The notes: generated from the sequence alone by a model not told the origin. A stretch of 62,894 nucleotides of DNA, filler included, from Octopus bimaculoides (GCF_001194135.2; 7 parts of 6 records of this genome joined end to end with filler, not necessarily neighbours in it); one strand, 5' to 3'. Counted from the whole stretch's first letter, positions 46,300 to 58,911 are shown. Translations and numbers: made by a program.

Positions 46300-47928
46300 G
46301 AGGTAAAGAAACAATGAGATTGATTACGGAAAAAATGGGTAATGGGCATATATGCCATATTTCAGGAGGTTTTGCTCTTCCATCAGCACACATCTTGAGA
46401 TGTGCAACCAATTGAAACACTTGGTGTTGAAGTTGTTGTTCTAAGACACAAATAAAGGCTGCTCTTAGCTCGAGATGCAGTCAGGGACAATTCCTCCAAG
46501 CGTCAGATCACTCCCAGCATATGTCCATTCCTTGCAACTGACTTGTAAGAAAGAGGCTGATTTGAACCCACCACTTCTTGACATGATATCATTTCGTCTT
46601 CCTTCTAGTCACTCATCCTTCCTGTACACACTCGGCTGACCTAAAAATCACTGTTCCCTTTGAAATCTCTCCAGGTTCACAACGAGCTAATCACCCTGTC
46701 CCAAATGTGATGCAGCATTCCATCCACCAATACATTATTTAGAGTAATGATTGAGGTTACCCTTTCTCCCACTGCGTCGTGCAACAAAGCTTTCAGGGGA
46801 TTCAACCACATTTCATCTCTGACCTGCACAGATATGACCCCTTTCACATCTGGCTGCTGCGGCATTACATTTGGGTGTCTCCATTTGTACTGGAATATAA
46901 CTCTTTGTGAGACCAATTCTTTAGTTTGCCTCACTTGGGTGATATGTTGTACCAGAAGGCTGCCTCCAAAGGAGAGAGTTGTCCCCTTTCAGCCATAGTT
47001 TTCATTGTACGATGGTGCCGCTTCACAATCTTGATTCCACTGGGTCTGTATGCAGCCCTGAAGAAGCATCTTATCTCTCACCTTTCAAGCATCTCCTCCA
47101 GCTGCTATGAGTGAAATCTGTACTATTGTCCATCAATAGCTTCTGTATAGCACCCACTTTCCAAGAACACCGTATATTCAGCATTTCTGTGATTTCGGCT
47201 GCAGTCTCTGCCCTGATCTTTTCCCATATAGCCACCCACCCTGGCCCACAGTCGACCATTGAAAAGTATACCTTTCCTCGATAGTGCTTCACATCAGTTG
47301 TTAGCCTCTTTCTAGTCTTCCTCCACCCGAATTTTCCTGTTTTGTGTGCACTTGGTGCAGGGTTGGACTGACACCTGTTGCAGTTCGCTACTACCTTCCA
47401 AACACTCTGTGGTGATATTGGGGTTAACAATCCTGACTAAAAACAACGTCCTGTCACCTCACCCCTATGTGGTGTATGTTGTGCTGCCTCCCCAGTTTTG
47501 GGCTCTCCAGATGACAAGCTACAGCTACTCCACTTGGAACATCCTCTATCGTTTCCAACCAATTTAAATGGCTCTATAGGTAAGTGGTTATACACCATTA
47601 GGTGTATACCTGCTTTCCTATATTAAATTCTGAATAAACGGAACGCAGAACTCCGAACTATCAACACAACAATATTTATTTATGTAGGAAAATAGGCATC
47701 CTTAATCTTGGTTGTTGAGACGCCTTCTGTGAGAGAGCATGGTTGCTGAGATGTTGGAATGTTGATGTGAGCTGTCCCCAGAGTTCGAAAAGATGGAGAG
47801 ACAGCTCGACACGTCCTTGCTCATAGCCAGCCGGCCGAGAAAGAGAATGAAAAAAGCGGGAACGTTTAGATGTCGAACTCCACGCATGCGTGGGACTACG
47901 CATGAGCACGAGACACGGCGTTACTACA
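46300..47928 (-). mobile_element. Deleted Gypsy-like LTR retrotransposon: LTR (~47575-47928) followed almost directly by a decayed integrase
   Basis: HNIHHIGV...VVANCNRCQS (HHCC), RLTTDVKHY...SMVDCGP and LLMDNST (DDE core), VLVDGMLHH. The LTR begins TGTAGTAACGCC and contains AATAAA. Confidence 0.75.
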
Positions 47929-48234
47929 GCTGTTTTGAGGGCTCTCCACCATTTGTTTTTAATAATGGTGCCTGTCAGATCCCTCTTTACTAACTCACTA
48001 ATTCGGTTCCTGTATTCCTCACAGGTCAAAAAGACCTGTTGAGTTTCCAGTAATAGGGGTCTTGTCTACATATCTTATCTAAGACAAGCGGACAGGACAC
48101 AAGTTTGTGATCGCTGTAGCTGACATAGTGGAACTGTGGACAACTAGCTATGTTCTTATCCTTACGTCTAACAAGCTTTGACAGGAGACAGACAAAAATG
48201 CGTGCTATCCCTTGGACCCAGAAAGTTAACCTCC

Positions 48235-48515
48235 CAAGCACAAGTCCGGGCAAGGTTGCTTTATGGGAGACCAGCAGTCACCCATGCATACCGGCCTCCC
48301 CTCTCCAAGCCACCAGTGTTATCCAAGGGAAAGGCAAAGGCCAATACAGCTTGGCACCAGTGACATCACAACTCATTTCTACAGATGAGTGAACTGGAGC
48401 AACGTGAAATAAAGTGTCTTGCTCAAGAACACAACACGCAGCCCGGTCCGGGATTCGAACTCACAACCTCACGGTCGTAAGCTCGATGCTCTAACCACTG
48501 AGCCATGCACCTTCA
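48235..48515 (-). mobile_element. SINE family C
   Basis: gaactggagcaacgtgaaataaagtgtcttgctcaagaacac...ggattcgaactc...ctctaaccactgagcc. Confidence 0.8.
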
Positions 48516-48681
48516 CACACACACACACACACACTGAGGACACTGGCATTTTCTTTTTAGGGTAATGTTCACATTGCTTAATTAAACGGAGTCGCATGAA
48601 ACAATCATACTGCATTAACTTTGGATATCCTTGTTGCTTATTTTGACTTATATATATATATATATAGCATCGAAATGTATT

Positions 48682-48722
48682 GTAGAAAGATAAATTTTAT
48701 TCAATGCCTAAATACTGAACAG

Positions 48723-48754
<32 letters not shown>

Positions 48755-48864
48755 GGATAAAATCCTTTTTAAAAGCAGAAAATGGCTGGCTGCCTGCAAA
48801 AAGTATTTTATTCTTTATATATACTGTTCAGTATTTAGGTGTTGAATAAAATTTATCTTTCTAC
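48682..48864. mobile_element. Hairpin MITE-like element with ~45-bp arms; a one-armed relative lies at ~45975-46085
   Basis: gtagaaagataaattttattcaatgcctaaatactgaacagtata versus tatactgttcagtatttaggtgttgaataaaatttatctttctac. Confidence 0.7.
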
Positions 48865-49221
48865 TTGTTCTATATATATATAACCATGGTAAAATCAGTA
48901 GTAGTGTTTTCACTCCCTATAATTTGGTCACAAATACTCAGTCATTTTAGACTGATTCATGGATGAATAACTTTTGCACCTTCTCTAGTGAATAACACGC
49001 AGTGGGTTTTCAGGATTTCTTAATATCCAAGCATGAAACCAGTTTTACAAATATAGAAAGTGAGAGAGGTTACCATGACTTTTCACAATATTTTACAGCA
49101 AACAATAAAAAATCGTTACTATTCACAGTTTAACTCAATGAACTGTATATATCTCTTTAAAGTGACATGTATTCATTTCTTTTATAATGTTTCTCAGAAA
49201 AACTATCAGCTTACAATCTCC

Positions 49222-50095
49222 AATCATCATCATCGTTTAACGTCCGCTTTCCATGCTAGCATGGGTTGGACGATTTGACTGAGGACTGGTGAAACCGGAT
49301 GGCAACACCAGGCTCCAGTCTGATTTGGCAGAGTTTCTACAGCTGGATGCCCTTCCTAACGCCAACCACTCAGAGAGTGTAGTGGGTGCTTTTACGTGTC
49401 ACCCGCACGAAAACGGCCACGCTCGAAATGGTGTCTTTTATGTGCCACCCGCACAAGCCAGTCCAGGGGCACTGGCAACGATCTCGCTCGAAAATCCTAC
49501 AGGAGCCAGTCAGGCGGTACTGGCAACGGCCACNNNNNNNNNNNNNNNNNNNNNNNNNNNNNNNNNNNNNNNNNNNNNNNNNNNNNNNNNNNNNNNNNNN
49601 NNNNNNNNNNNNNNNNNNNNNNNNNNNNNNNNNNNNNNNNNNNNNNNNNNNNNNNNNNNNNNNNNNNNNNNNNNNNNNNNNNNNNNNNNNNNNNNNNNNN
49701 NNNNNNNNNNNNNNNNNNNNNNNNNNNNNNNNNNNNNNNNNNNNNNNNNNNNNNNNNNNNNNNNNNNNNNNNNNNNNNNNNNNNNNNNNNNNNNNNNNNN
49801 NNNNNNNNNNNNNNNNNNNNNNNNNNNNNNNNNNNNNNNNNNGCCTCACCACCTCAGCCCAGGTCTTCCTGGGCCTACCTCTTCCACGGGTTCCCTCAAC
49901 TGTTAGGGTGTGGCACTTTTTCACGCAGCTATCCTCCTCCATTCTCACCACATGTCCATACCAGCGCAATCGTCTCTCTTGCACGCCACAACTGATGCTT
50001 CTAATGTTCAGCTTTTCTCTCAAGATACTTACACTCTGACGGGTATTCACATTGACATTACACATCCAACGGAGCATACTGGCTTCCAATGTTTT
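49222..50095 (-). mobile_element. 5'-truncated RTE LINE (gap inside)
   Basis: MLRWMCNV...RRLRWYGHVVRMEEDSCVKKC...RGRGRPRKTW, then UTR and (GAT)n tail. Confidence 0.9.
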
Positions 50096-50381
50096 ATCTA
50101 TTTTCGTGTTACTTAATCTACTAGATATTTGAGTTAGTTCTCAAATTTTCCACGAAAGGAATGTCCTAATTAAAACAGGATTGAAAATGTAATTCTTGGA
50201 AAAACCAGATTAGTTATTTATGAGTGACTACATTATATATTATTGTAAAGTTTTTAGTTTTTTTTTGTTATTGTTACTAACTTTATTTTTAGCTATATAT
50301 CACATGAAACATTTTAACAAGGTCATAATGTGCTGTGGGGTGAAAAGGCAAGTCGAATGTTAAAAACCTTTAAATAAATAC

Positions 50382-50727
50382 TGGATCTTCTGAATTGACG
50401 GGTACCACTTGTTTTCTAAACGAAACACTTTCAAACTTGGGATACTGGTAGAATGTGTCATATAAAACATCTTTTTCTCTTAGCCTTCTTAACAAAAATT
50501 TCTACATTGCAAGTTATTTCTTGTTTTCACCGCAATAGACGTCAGTGATTGGTTGAAATTAACTGAAATACGACAATTTTTCACATGAAATAACTTCGAA
50601 AACAAAAATTTTTATCTGTTCTATAACACAAAATATACAAGTATACGAAGTTTGAAAGTGTTTCGGTGCCAAAAACACTACATAAAACATTAATGAAAAG
50701 TGGTGCCCGTCAATTCAGAAAGATCCA
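50382..50727. mobile_element. ~345-bp MITE
   Basis: TIRs TGGATCTTCTGAATTGACGGGTACCACTT / AAGTGGTGCCCGTCAATTCAGAAAGATCCA; inner inverted repeat gaaacactttcaaactt / aagtttgaaagtgtttc. Confidence 0.8.
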
Positions 50728-51097
50728 TATATAAAACTGCGTGTTAAAACAAGTTGTAACATGTAATAATATATCTTTGGAGGAATCAATCTGCCAATGA
50801 ATCGAACAATTTATAATTTATTGTATTAATTAACTGGCAGTTGTAGCTACCTTATATATACAAGTTGTACATATACATATGCTCCAAATAATAAGACAAA
50901 GAAATCCTTGAACATGTTTTTGTTTCTGTAGCAACTCTGCTTTCAGCACCTGTTTACACAAAAGTTCAAAGTGAAAATTTATGAAATATTTGCTATTTTA
51001 GACATTAGAGTGGAAGCATTTCATCAGACTTGCATCAGAGGCGTGTTCTTACATTGTGCGTCTTCCAGACTTTTTTTTTAATATATATATCAAGAGG

Positions 51098-51480
51098 GTG
51101 GAGGCGCAATGGCCCAGTGGTTAGGGCAGCGGACTCGCGGTCATAGGATCGCGGTTTCGATTCCCAGACCAGGCGTTGTGAGTGTTTATTGAGCGAAAAC
51201 ACCTAACGCGTCACGAGGCTGCAGCAGGGGATGGTGGCGAACCCTGCTGTACTCTTTCACCACAACTTACTCTTATTTCCTGTTTCTGTTGTGCATGTAA
51301 TTCAAAGGGTCAGCCTTGTCACACTATGTCACGCTGAATATCTCCTAGAACTACGTTAAGGGTACACGTATCTGTGGAGTGCTCAGCCACTTGCACGTTA
51401 ATTTCACGAGCAGGCTGTTCTGTTGATCGGATCAACTGGAAACCCTCGACGTTGTAAGCGACGGAGTACCAACAACAACA
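51098..51480 (+). mobile_element. SINE family A with 11-bp TSD
   Basis: ATATCAAGAGG at 51087-51097 and 51481-51491; (AAC)n tail. Confidence 0.9.
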
Positions 51481-51954
51481 ATATCAAGAGGAGACAAAAA
51501 GTATGGTAAGGGGATGAATGATTTACATAAAGAACATGTGAGAAGAAATGGATGAAGGGGAAGAAGAGGAGAAAAAGGAAAAGGTGGACAAAAACACGAA
51601 GACAAAGATGATGAGGAGGATAGAAAGAAGGAGGAAAAAGAAAAAAAGTAATTGGGTATTTGGATGACATGTAGTAACATAGCCACCAGTATGAAATTTT
51701 AATTAATGGGTGAAAAATGAAAAAAAAATTAATTCAATTTATCACTCATGACAAAATTAAACAGACAAAAGGAAAAGATGGGTGAAAATGAAAACAATAC
51801 AAATGGTGTGAAGAAAATAAAAATAATGATACTACCATTATTATTATTAATGATAATAAAGACAATAATAATAGTGTCATAAATGATAGTAACAATAACA
51901 ATAGCACAATTGATGATGGGAGACAGTCAGGACAAGAACACCAAAGAGTAGAAG

Positions 51955-52035
51955 TTAGTGACGTGGTTGGTGGGAAATGCGCAATATATCACATGACCTG
52001 GTGACTCAGAATTTCACGTGCCCTGGTATAAAAGC
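51955..52035 (+). promoter_or_regulatory. TATA-box promoter with a dense bZIP/bHLH site cluster
   Basis: TGACGTGG 51959-51966, ATGCGCAAT 51977-51985, TCACATGAC 51989-51997, TGACTCA 52002-52008, CACGTG 52015-52020, TATAAAAG 52027-52034. Confidence 0.55.
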
Positions 52036-52251
52036 AACAATGAAAGAGGAAGGAGAAAACTAATGGGTTTGGTCAAGAAATTTATATATCCTGAGTAAAT
52101 ATATCACTGATAATGGTATCAGGTGAATTAAAGAATCATTAAATAAGGAAATGAAATGCAGGGGGGGTGAAACATTAATCCTTGGTTGGTCATATAGGTA
52201 TAACAACTGTATAAAGGGGACTACAGGAAACAACATTGAAGTAAAATATAT

Positions 52252-52590
52252 CATCATCATCATTGTTTAACGTCCGCTTTCCATGCTAGCATGGGTTGGA
52301 TGATTTGACTGAGGACTGGTGAAACCATATGGCTACACCAGGCTCCAATCTGATTTGGCAGAGTTTCTACAGCTGGATGCCCTTCCTAACGCCAACCACT
52401 CCGAGAGTGTAGTGGGTGCTACCGGCATGAAGGCCTGTCAGGCGGTACTGGCAACGGCCACGCTCAAAATGGTGTATTTTACGTGCCACCTGCACAGGAG
52501 CCAGTCCATCGGCTCTGGCAACGATCTCGCTGGAATGTCTTTACACGTGCCACTGGTACAAGTGCCAGGAAGGTGACGCTGGGCACAGGT
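52252..52590 (-). mobile_element. RTE-type 3'UTR fragment
   Basis: Near-identical to 49222-49390 over its first ~140 bp. Confidence 0.85.
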
Positions 52591-52737
52591 GCCAAAAATG
52601 TACTATTTAAAATGAGAAATAAAAATGTAGGGAAGCAATAAAAAGTTTCAAAAGTTAAAAAAAATGATAATGGTTTAGAATTATCAGAAATTAAAATAAT
52701 ATATTTGTAATGCAATAAAATGCTAAATCATTATTAG

Positions 52738-52935
52738 GTGCAGGAGTGGCTGTGTGGTAAGTAGCTTGCTTACCAACCACATGGTTCCGGGTTCAGTCCC
52801 ACTGCGTGGCACCTTAGGCAAGTGTCTTCTACTATAGCCTCAGGCCAACCAAAGTCTTGTTATTGGATTTGGTAGATGGAAATTGAAAGAAGCCTGTCAT
52901 ATATGTGTCTGTTTGTCCCCCCACCATTGCTTGAC
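52738..52935 (+). mobile_element. SINE family B (truncated)
   Basis: Head near-identical to 38658 and 40988. Confidence 0.8.
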
Positions 52936-52939
52936 CAGA

Positions 52940-53877
52940 CAGGTGTGAAGCACAGAGAGGGAGTTCGATGCTTGCCAACCTCCACCACTAATGTGAAGAT
53001 TCAGTCAGCTTGAGCGGTAGTTCTAGTGAACTGACAAGTGACCGTCAATGAAGTGGCATGTATTCTGCAAATTAGTCACAGTTCCATATATGAAATCATC
53101 CACAACAAACTTTGCATCTATAAAGTCTGTGTGAGATGGATGCCAAGAGAGCTTGGCATAAGGACAGCTGAGCGGAGATCTGTCAATGCTTAATTAACCG
53201 CTATTACAATGAAGGTGAAGCATTTTTTGGAAAGAATGGTCACAAGAAATGAAACCTGAACCTATCACTTTGAACCAATATCTAAAAGGTAGAGTATGGA
53301 ATGGAAACACCTGGAATCGCCAGCAAAAAGAAAATTCAAATCTCAAACTTCCACATGAAAAATTGATGTTAACCATTTTTGGGGGATGCAAAAGACCTTA
53401 TATTAGACGCATTACCTGGAAAAAAGGTCTACAGTAACCTATGTAGGCTACAGTGAGATGCTAGCCAACAAACTGAAACCAGCAATTTGCATGAAAGACT
53501 CAGGTCTGTTGTCAAAACAAGTGTTATTGTTGCGTGAAGATGCATGCCCACATATAACAATCTCCACATTTGAAACTATTGAAATATTGAATTTTAAGTT
53601 GCTGGAACACAATCTTCCTATTATCACCTCTTTGAATCACTCAAGCATCCTTTATGAAGCTGTTGGTTTGCAATTGATGAAGAAGCACAGGAAATAATGC
53701 ATATATGGCCGCACGATAAGCCAGAAATCTTCTCTGATTGAAGAAGGAAACTTGTGGATTGCTGGCAGTGCATCAAAAAGCAAGGAGACTATTGGAAGAT
53801 GATGCTATGCTTCAACTCCTGCTTTTGTTTTAATAAACTACAGAAACGAGTGTATATAATTTTTAACTTACCCTTGT
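52940..53877 (+). mobile_element. Decayed mariner transposase remnant
   Basis: KVCVRWMPREL (WVPREL motif), an RMVT..ET...HFEP-like segment, an LREDACPH-like (HDNARPH) segment, and right TIR ttttaacttacccttgTA. Confidence 0.8.
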
Positions 53878-54280
53878 ACATGCATATACATACATACAAA
53901 CACATATGTATGTGGATATACAATTACATATATGTAATTGTATATGTAATTGTATATGTAATTGTATATGTAATTGTATGCACCAGTTTCTGGACACAAT
54001 AAAAGATTTATGTGTATGGAGATTAATATGGGTGTAACAATTTCTTTCTTCAGAATTTGTAAAGGTATACTCAATGTGCGACTCATTTTACAGTTTTCTG
54101 CAACCTGGAGAAATTTAATTGAATCAAATGTATCATATTGAAAATCAAACTCCGTCAGATAAATGAATATGAGGACACACNNNNNNNNNNNNNNNNNNNN
54201 NNNNNNNNNNNNNNNNNNNNNNNNNNNNNNNNNNNNNNNNNNNNNNNNNNNNNNNNNNNNNNNNNNNNNNNNNNNNNNNN

Positions 54281-54316
<36 letters not shown>

Positions 54317-54670
54317 GAAATTGGTAATGAGGGCCACAAGAGTGAGAATTAAGGGGAAGATTTCTGTTTCACAACAGATAATTGCTAATCAAAGAGACAA
54401 AGAGAAATTCTCTGAAAGAGCTGATTGTCACAAGAAATCAAGACTCAGGGTAAACAGAATAACTAAAAGATGATGAAACGAAACAAAAAATGAAAATGGA
54501 GCTTGATTTGAAGTGGGAAAATAGAAATATTTCTGAAAAAGGCAGAAATGAACCTCATCATTTTTTTTACAGGCTCTACATTAGTTATAATGTAATTTGA
54601 TAATTTGATATTTATTGTTCTAAATCATGATTATTTTTATCTAATACTCTTATATTTGTTACTTTCACAG

Positions 54671-54738
54671 GAACTATATTCAACCCTTATCTTATCAATT
54701 TTCCTTGTTCCTACTAACTGCTTGCTGTTATCACGATG
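54671..54738 (+). other. Candidate exon; probably 5'UTR ending in the start codon (ATG|GT)
   Basis: Strong acceptor (ttatatttgttactttcacAG) and consensus donor GTAAGT. The last three exon bases are ATG, with A at -3 (acgATG). Confidence 0.55.
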
Positions 54739-55714
54739 GTAAGTAACTTTTCATCTCCTCTTTCTCCTCTGTTGTGACATTTAGTTTATTGTTTCTGATG
54801 ATATCTTAGTGTTTTGTCTACTGTGTAGAAGTAAATGCCTTGTTAGTTGGGTTATTTTGTAAGGTGAGGATTATGCTTCATATAAGCCTTAAGTAAGCTA
54901 TTCTATGATTTATGGTGTTTATAGATAGCGGCAGTTTTTTCAGAACACATCTTTCAAGAGCTCTAACTTTTTTTACCCTACTTCTCTGATAGATAATGTC
55001 AGACACCAGATTGAGTCTTGATTCAACCAATGAAAAGCCACGCTGTAATCATTGCCTTAAATAATACTAGTTTTTATCTTCTATCCAAAATAATAAAGCT
55101 TTTTCTATTGTTTCCATAATGTTACTTTGTATGAATGAAAGGTTTTAAAATTATAGGTCTAGTGATTTTCAAGCTATCTTTTTTTTTTTTCATGTTTCCT
55201 ATTTTTTTAAAATTTGTTTTAACATTTGCTTGGTTTGTATTAAACTGTCTCACAGTTTTTGTCAAATGCTTTCTTTTCTAAAGTTGATTTAACATTTTCA
55301 TTTTCATTTCCATAGGAACTAACATTTCTGAAATTTGAGGCTCTATGATTCAATCTTGAAATTATTTACGTATAAAGAATAATTCTAACTTGAGTGTTAG
55401 TTGAGAGTGTGGTCTACCTTACTGTTGAAGTGAAATGAAAGCAAAATATAATGAAAATGGAAAACCAAAACAGAAATAATGTTTTGTTTCTATAAATGAA
55501 AAACTAAATATAAAAAAAGGGAAGAAAGAAATGACTGAAATCACAACTGCACTAAGATAAATTGGTGCCTGCTGGATGCTGTCTAAATGAAGGAAAATGG
55601 CAGAGGCAAGGCTGTTGCATTCTATCATTTCACATGCAAGTAACCAGCATGCACCTGAAAGCTTTATAGGCCAGTTTAATTAAATTTGGCCAATTTATAC
55701 TGCCACTACTATAT

Positions 55715-55912
55715 GCACAAGGCCTGAAATCTTTGGGGAGAGGGCCAGTCAATTAGATCGACCCCTGTATGCAACTGGTACTTAATTTATCAACCTTGAA
55801 AGCATGAAAGACAAAGTCAACCTCGGCGGAATTTGAACTCAGAACATGGCGACAGGCAAAATACTGCTAAGCATTTCCTCCTGCATGCTAATGGTTCTGC
55901 CAGCTCACAACC
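55715..55912 (-). mobile_element. SINE family D
   Basis: Reverse-complement match (ggcggaatttgaactcagaac...ttctgccagctcac). Confidence 0.75.
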
Positions 55913-56109
55913 TTATTTTACCAATTCATACTGCCATTGCTATACTAATGTAGATTGAGCATTTCAATGCTGGTGTGTTTATGTATTTGTGTTTGTTTGC
56001 CATTGTCACCTCGTCAGTATTCTTCAGCCAGAATCAAATGAAAGAACAGAATAAGGAAATACACAACATATATATGTATATATATATATATAAATATATA
56101 TATATAATG

Positions 56110-56261
56110 TATGCCTGTTATGTCTGAGAGTAAGACATGTTAGAGAGCTCCGCTGTTGGACGTCTGTCCTCTTCGCCGGCCAGTGAGAAAAGAGGATGAA
56201 TATCGGCGCCAAACTTGGATATTGATGACTACGCATGCGCACGAGACAAGGCGTTACTACA
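56110..56261 (-). mobile_element. Partial LTR of the same family
   Basis: actacgcatgcgcacgagacaaggcgttactaca matches 47895-47928. Confidence 0.65.
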
Positions 56262-56691
56262 GGGCTCCCCTGCTAGTGCGGAACGCACGAAAATAGAAAA
56301 TTGGAGGAACGTCTGAGGCAGGATGGCCACTGAAACCACCCACAAGATGTGGCACAAACACACACAAAGAAAAATCAAAGAAATGAATGTACACTTGTGA
56401 GATACATGCATGCAATGTTTCTGAAAGGAAAGAAAATATATGAGTGCACAAGTGTGTGTGTGAGAAAAACACAGAACATATTAAAAGTGTCNNNNNNNNN
56501 NNNNNNNNNNNNNNNNNNNNNNNNNNNNNNNNNNNTTAATTAATTAANNNNNNNNNNNNNNNNNNNNNNNNNNNNNNNNNNNNNNNNNNNNTGTAGAACT
56601 AAAGAAAAATTTATGGGACCCAAGTGGCAGCATGTTGAAAGACGAGAGTGGAATTCGGTACTATGAGAACATTTGATGAGAGCAAAATGAT

Positions 56692-56766
56692 GTAGAAGAA
56701 GAAGAAGAAGAAGAAGAAGAAGAAGAAGAAGAAGAAGAAGAAGAAGAAGAAGAAGAAGAAGAGGGC

Positions 56767-56798
<32 letters not shown>

Positions 56799-56838
56799 CG
56801 ACGACGAGGAGGAGGAGGAGGAGGAGGAGGAGGAGGAG
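56692..56838. repeat. (GAA)n(GAC)n(GAG)n compound trinucleotide repeat
   Basis: Direct reading. Confidence 0.95.
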
Positions 56839-56967
56839 GTTGTAGAAGCAAATCAAGGAATATTGTGTAGACTGAAATCACAAACGATAGCAAGAAGATA
56901 AAAAAGAAACGGTATTTTGAAAATGTTTTGGTGCCTGAAAGAAATATTTAGGTTAGTTTTCGTCTAG

Positions 56968-57237
56968 CTTGAAGAAAGCCATGATGAGAATAACATGCAT
57001 CTTTGGTGGTCAAAATCCATACAAAAGAACGTATGCAAAACTATCAGTAACGAGAAACAGATAGATGACGACTATGAACAACAAAGTCAAACCTTCTCAA
57101 GAATAGAAATACTGATAGATATGTATGAAGAGATATTCCCGCCCTTACTTATAACAATGTTCATTTGTTGCAATAATAAAACGGCGTTCCGTCAATATTA
57201 TATGAGCGTGTGTTGTTTAACTCTCTCCTCTCTTTGA
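56968..57237 (+). CDS. Candidate phase-0 coding exon (LEESHDENNMHLWWSK...LTLSSL*); product unknown
   Basis: 89 open codons start immediately after ttagttttcgtctAG in non-repetitive sequence. The phase is compatible with the upstream ATG|GT exon. No recognisable domain. Confidence 0.25.
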   Translation, partial: LEESHDENNMHLWWSKSIQKNVCKTISNEKQIDDDYEQQSQTFSRIEILIDMYEEIFPPLLITMFICCNNKTAFRQYYMSVCCLTLSSL

Positions 57238-57827
57238 TAACTCAGCCACTAAGAAAAAAAAACAAAAAGGAAGCAACTATTACCTTATGACCGCCTATGT
57301 GTAGGGTCAAAGCTGAAGATTTTCAGTTGCACCCTCTCACCTATCCCCGTTCTCTTTCCCTACCGCAAATGAACTTATGAAGGAAACTTGATGAGATTGG
57401 AGCTGGTGTCTTGGCTTGCTGATCAACTTGTACGATGGTATGGCTAGATTCAGCAAAACATGTGAGGCGGGGTGATCTATCTATTGAGATATCTGCAAAG
57501 ACGAAAACGATATCGATTGTGTTAATATGAGGAAGATGAATAATGTACGACCTTCTTAATAAGACCCGTAAAAGCATAATAGTTAAGATGTATACATTAT
57601 TCCCAGGTGAAGTGAGACGTCTTATGAAAACACTTTTGGGTTTAAACATGAAAGGTGTTCAGCATAGTGATTAGATACAGAATTGAAACCGACATTTCTT
57701 CAATGTGCGTTTTATAGACGTGCGTGAAGGAAAAGGCATTTAGCAAAGCGGTAATTATTCTGAGGTATCAGCAAGGAAGAATGGGTTTGAGTTACACAGT
57801 GTGCTCATATGTATGCACATACACACA

Positions 57828-58667
57828 CAGAGGGTATTCGGGACAAATTTGACGATTTTCTCACATGCCTCCTGTTTTCTGGAACAGCTTGATGTTTTGA
57901 TGTTGGAGAGCATAAAAACTAAAATTGTAATTGAGAAAAAGCCGATATGGCGGAAAGTCATCTGAATATTGGAAAAGGGTTATCTGTATCATCCTGGTTG
58001 CTACTCAATGCTCTATGAATACTGTAAAGGCTGTAAGACATGGGCAGCTAAAATGAGGATTACGAAGCCAATTTCCCCCAATCTCTGATGGTCGTTAGGT
58101 GTGTCTCAATTGAGGGAGACGTCATATCGCCTCACATCTTTGAACAGGGCCTTAGGCTCAATTCAGGTGGCTATATGAAGCTGCTAGAGACTGGTCATAT
58201 CCTGGCTGGAAACGGTTGCTGCTGGAAGGCCATGTGTGTAGCAGCAGAATTCGGCTCCTTACCACACCTCCGGAAAGAGTCAGAAGCGGTAGTCGGAGAA
58301 TTTATACAACTTCATCAGCAGCAATATGTGGCCTCCTAATTCCCTGAATGTAATCCTATGTATTACTATGTGTGTGACGCAGTTAAGAAAGACACTGACA
58401 GCTCTGCCTGCAACACCAGGGCCCATCTGGTGGTCCGAATCAAGATGTTCGAAGATCTTCCCAGGATCACGTTAGGAACGCATACACCAGTTTCTGGAGC
58501 CGCCTTGTAGCAAAGATGGATTCTGAGGGCATCTACTTTGAGTGATCTGTTATCTTCCAACCATAATCTAATTATTATTTTTTTTATTTTTTTAAATACT
58601 TCTATTTTCGGATGGGATATTGCTTTCACTTACTTTCTTGCAGGGTGTCAAATTTAGCCCGAACCTG
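57828..58667 (+). mobile_element. Internally deleted DD37D (maT-type) element, copy 2
   Basis: Related TIRs; PHIFEQGLRLNS. The positions corresponding to the second and third catalytic D (here mutated to N and Y) are separated by 37 residues. Confidence 0.8.
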
Positions 58668-58861
58668 TATATACATAAATACATATATTGGAAGGTTTGG
58701 AGGTGATGTACAGAAATTATATAGAAAAAAATTAAGGTACTCAGAAATCTGGATGTTTGTACTTTTACAGATTTTTATTAATGTCACATGTTTTATAAAT
58801 TAAATAAAGCGCTTTTCACCTAATCGTGTAGGATTATGTGTATGTGTGCTTGTACGAGCAT

Positions 58862-58911
<50 letters not shown>

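Noticed and set aside
57000-57320. Faint GPCR-like fragments (EEIFPPLLITMF, GVP-NII, SNYYLMTA)
   Set aside because: Spread over different frames, with no DRY or later helices; too weak to call.
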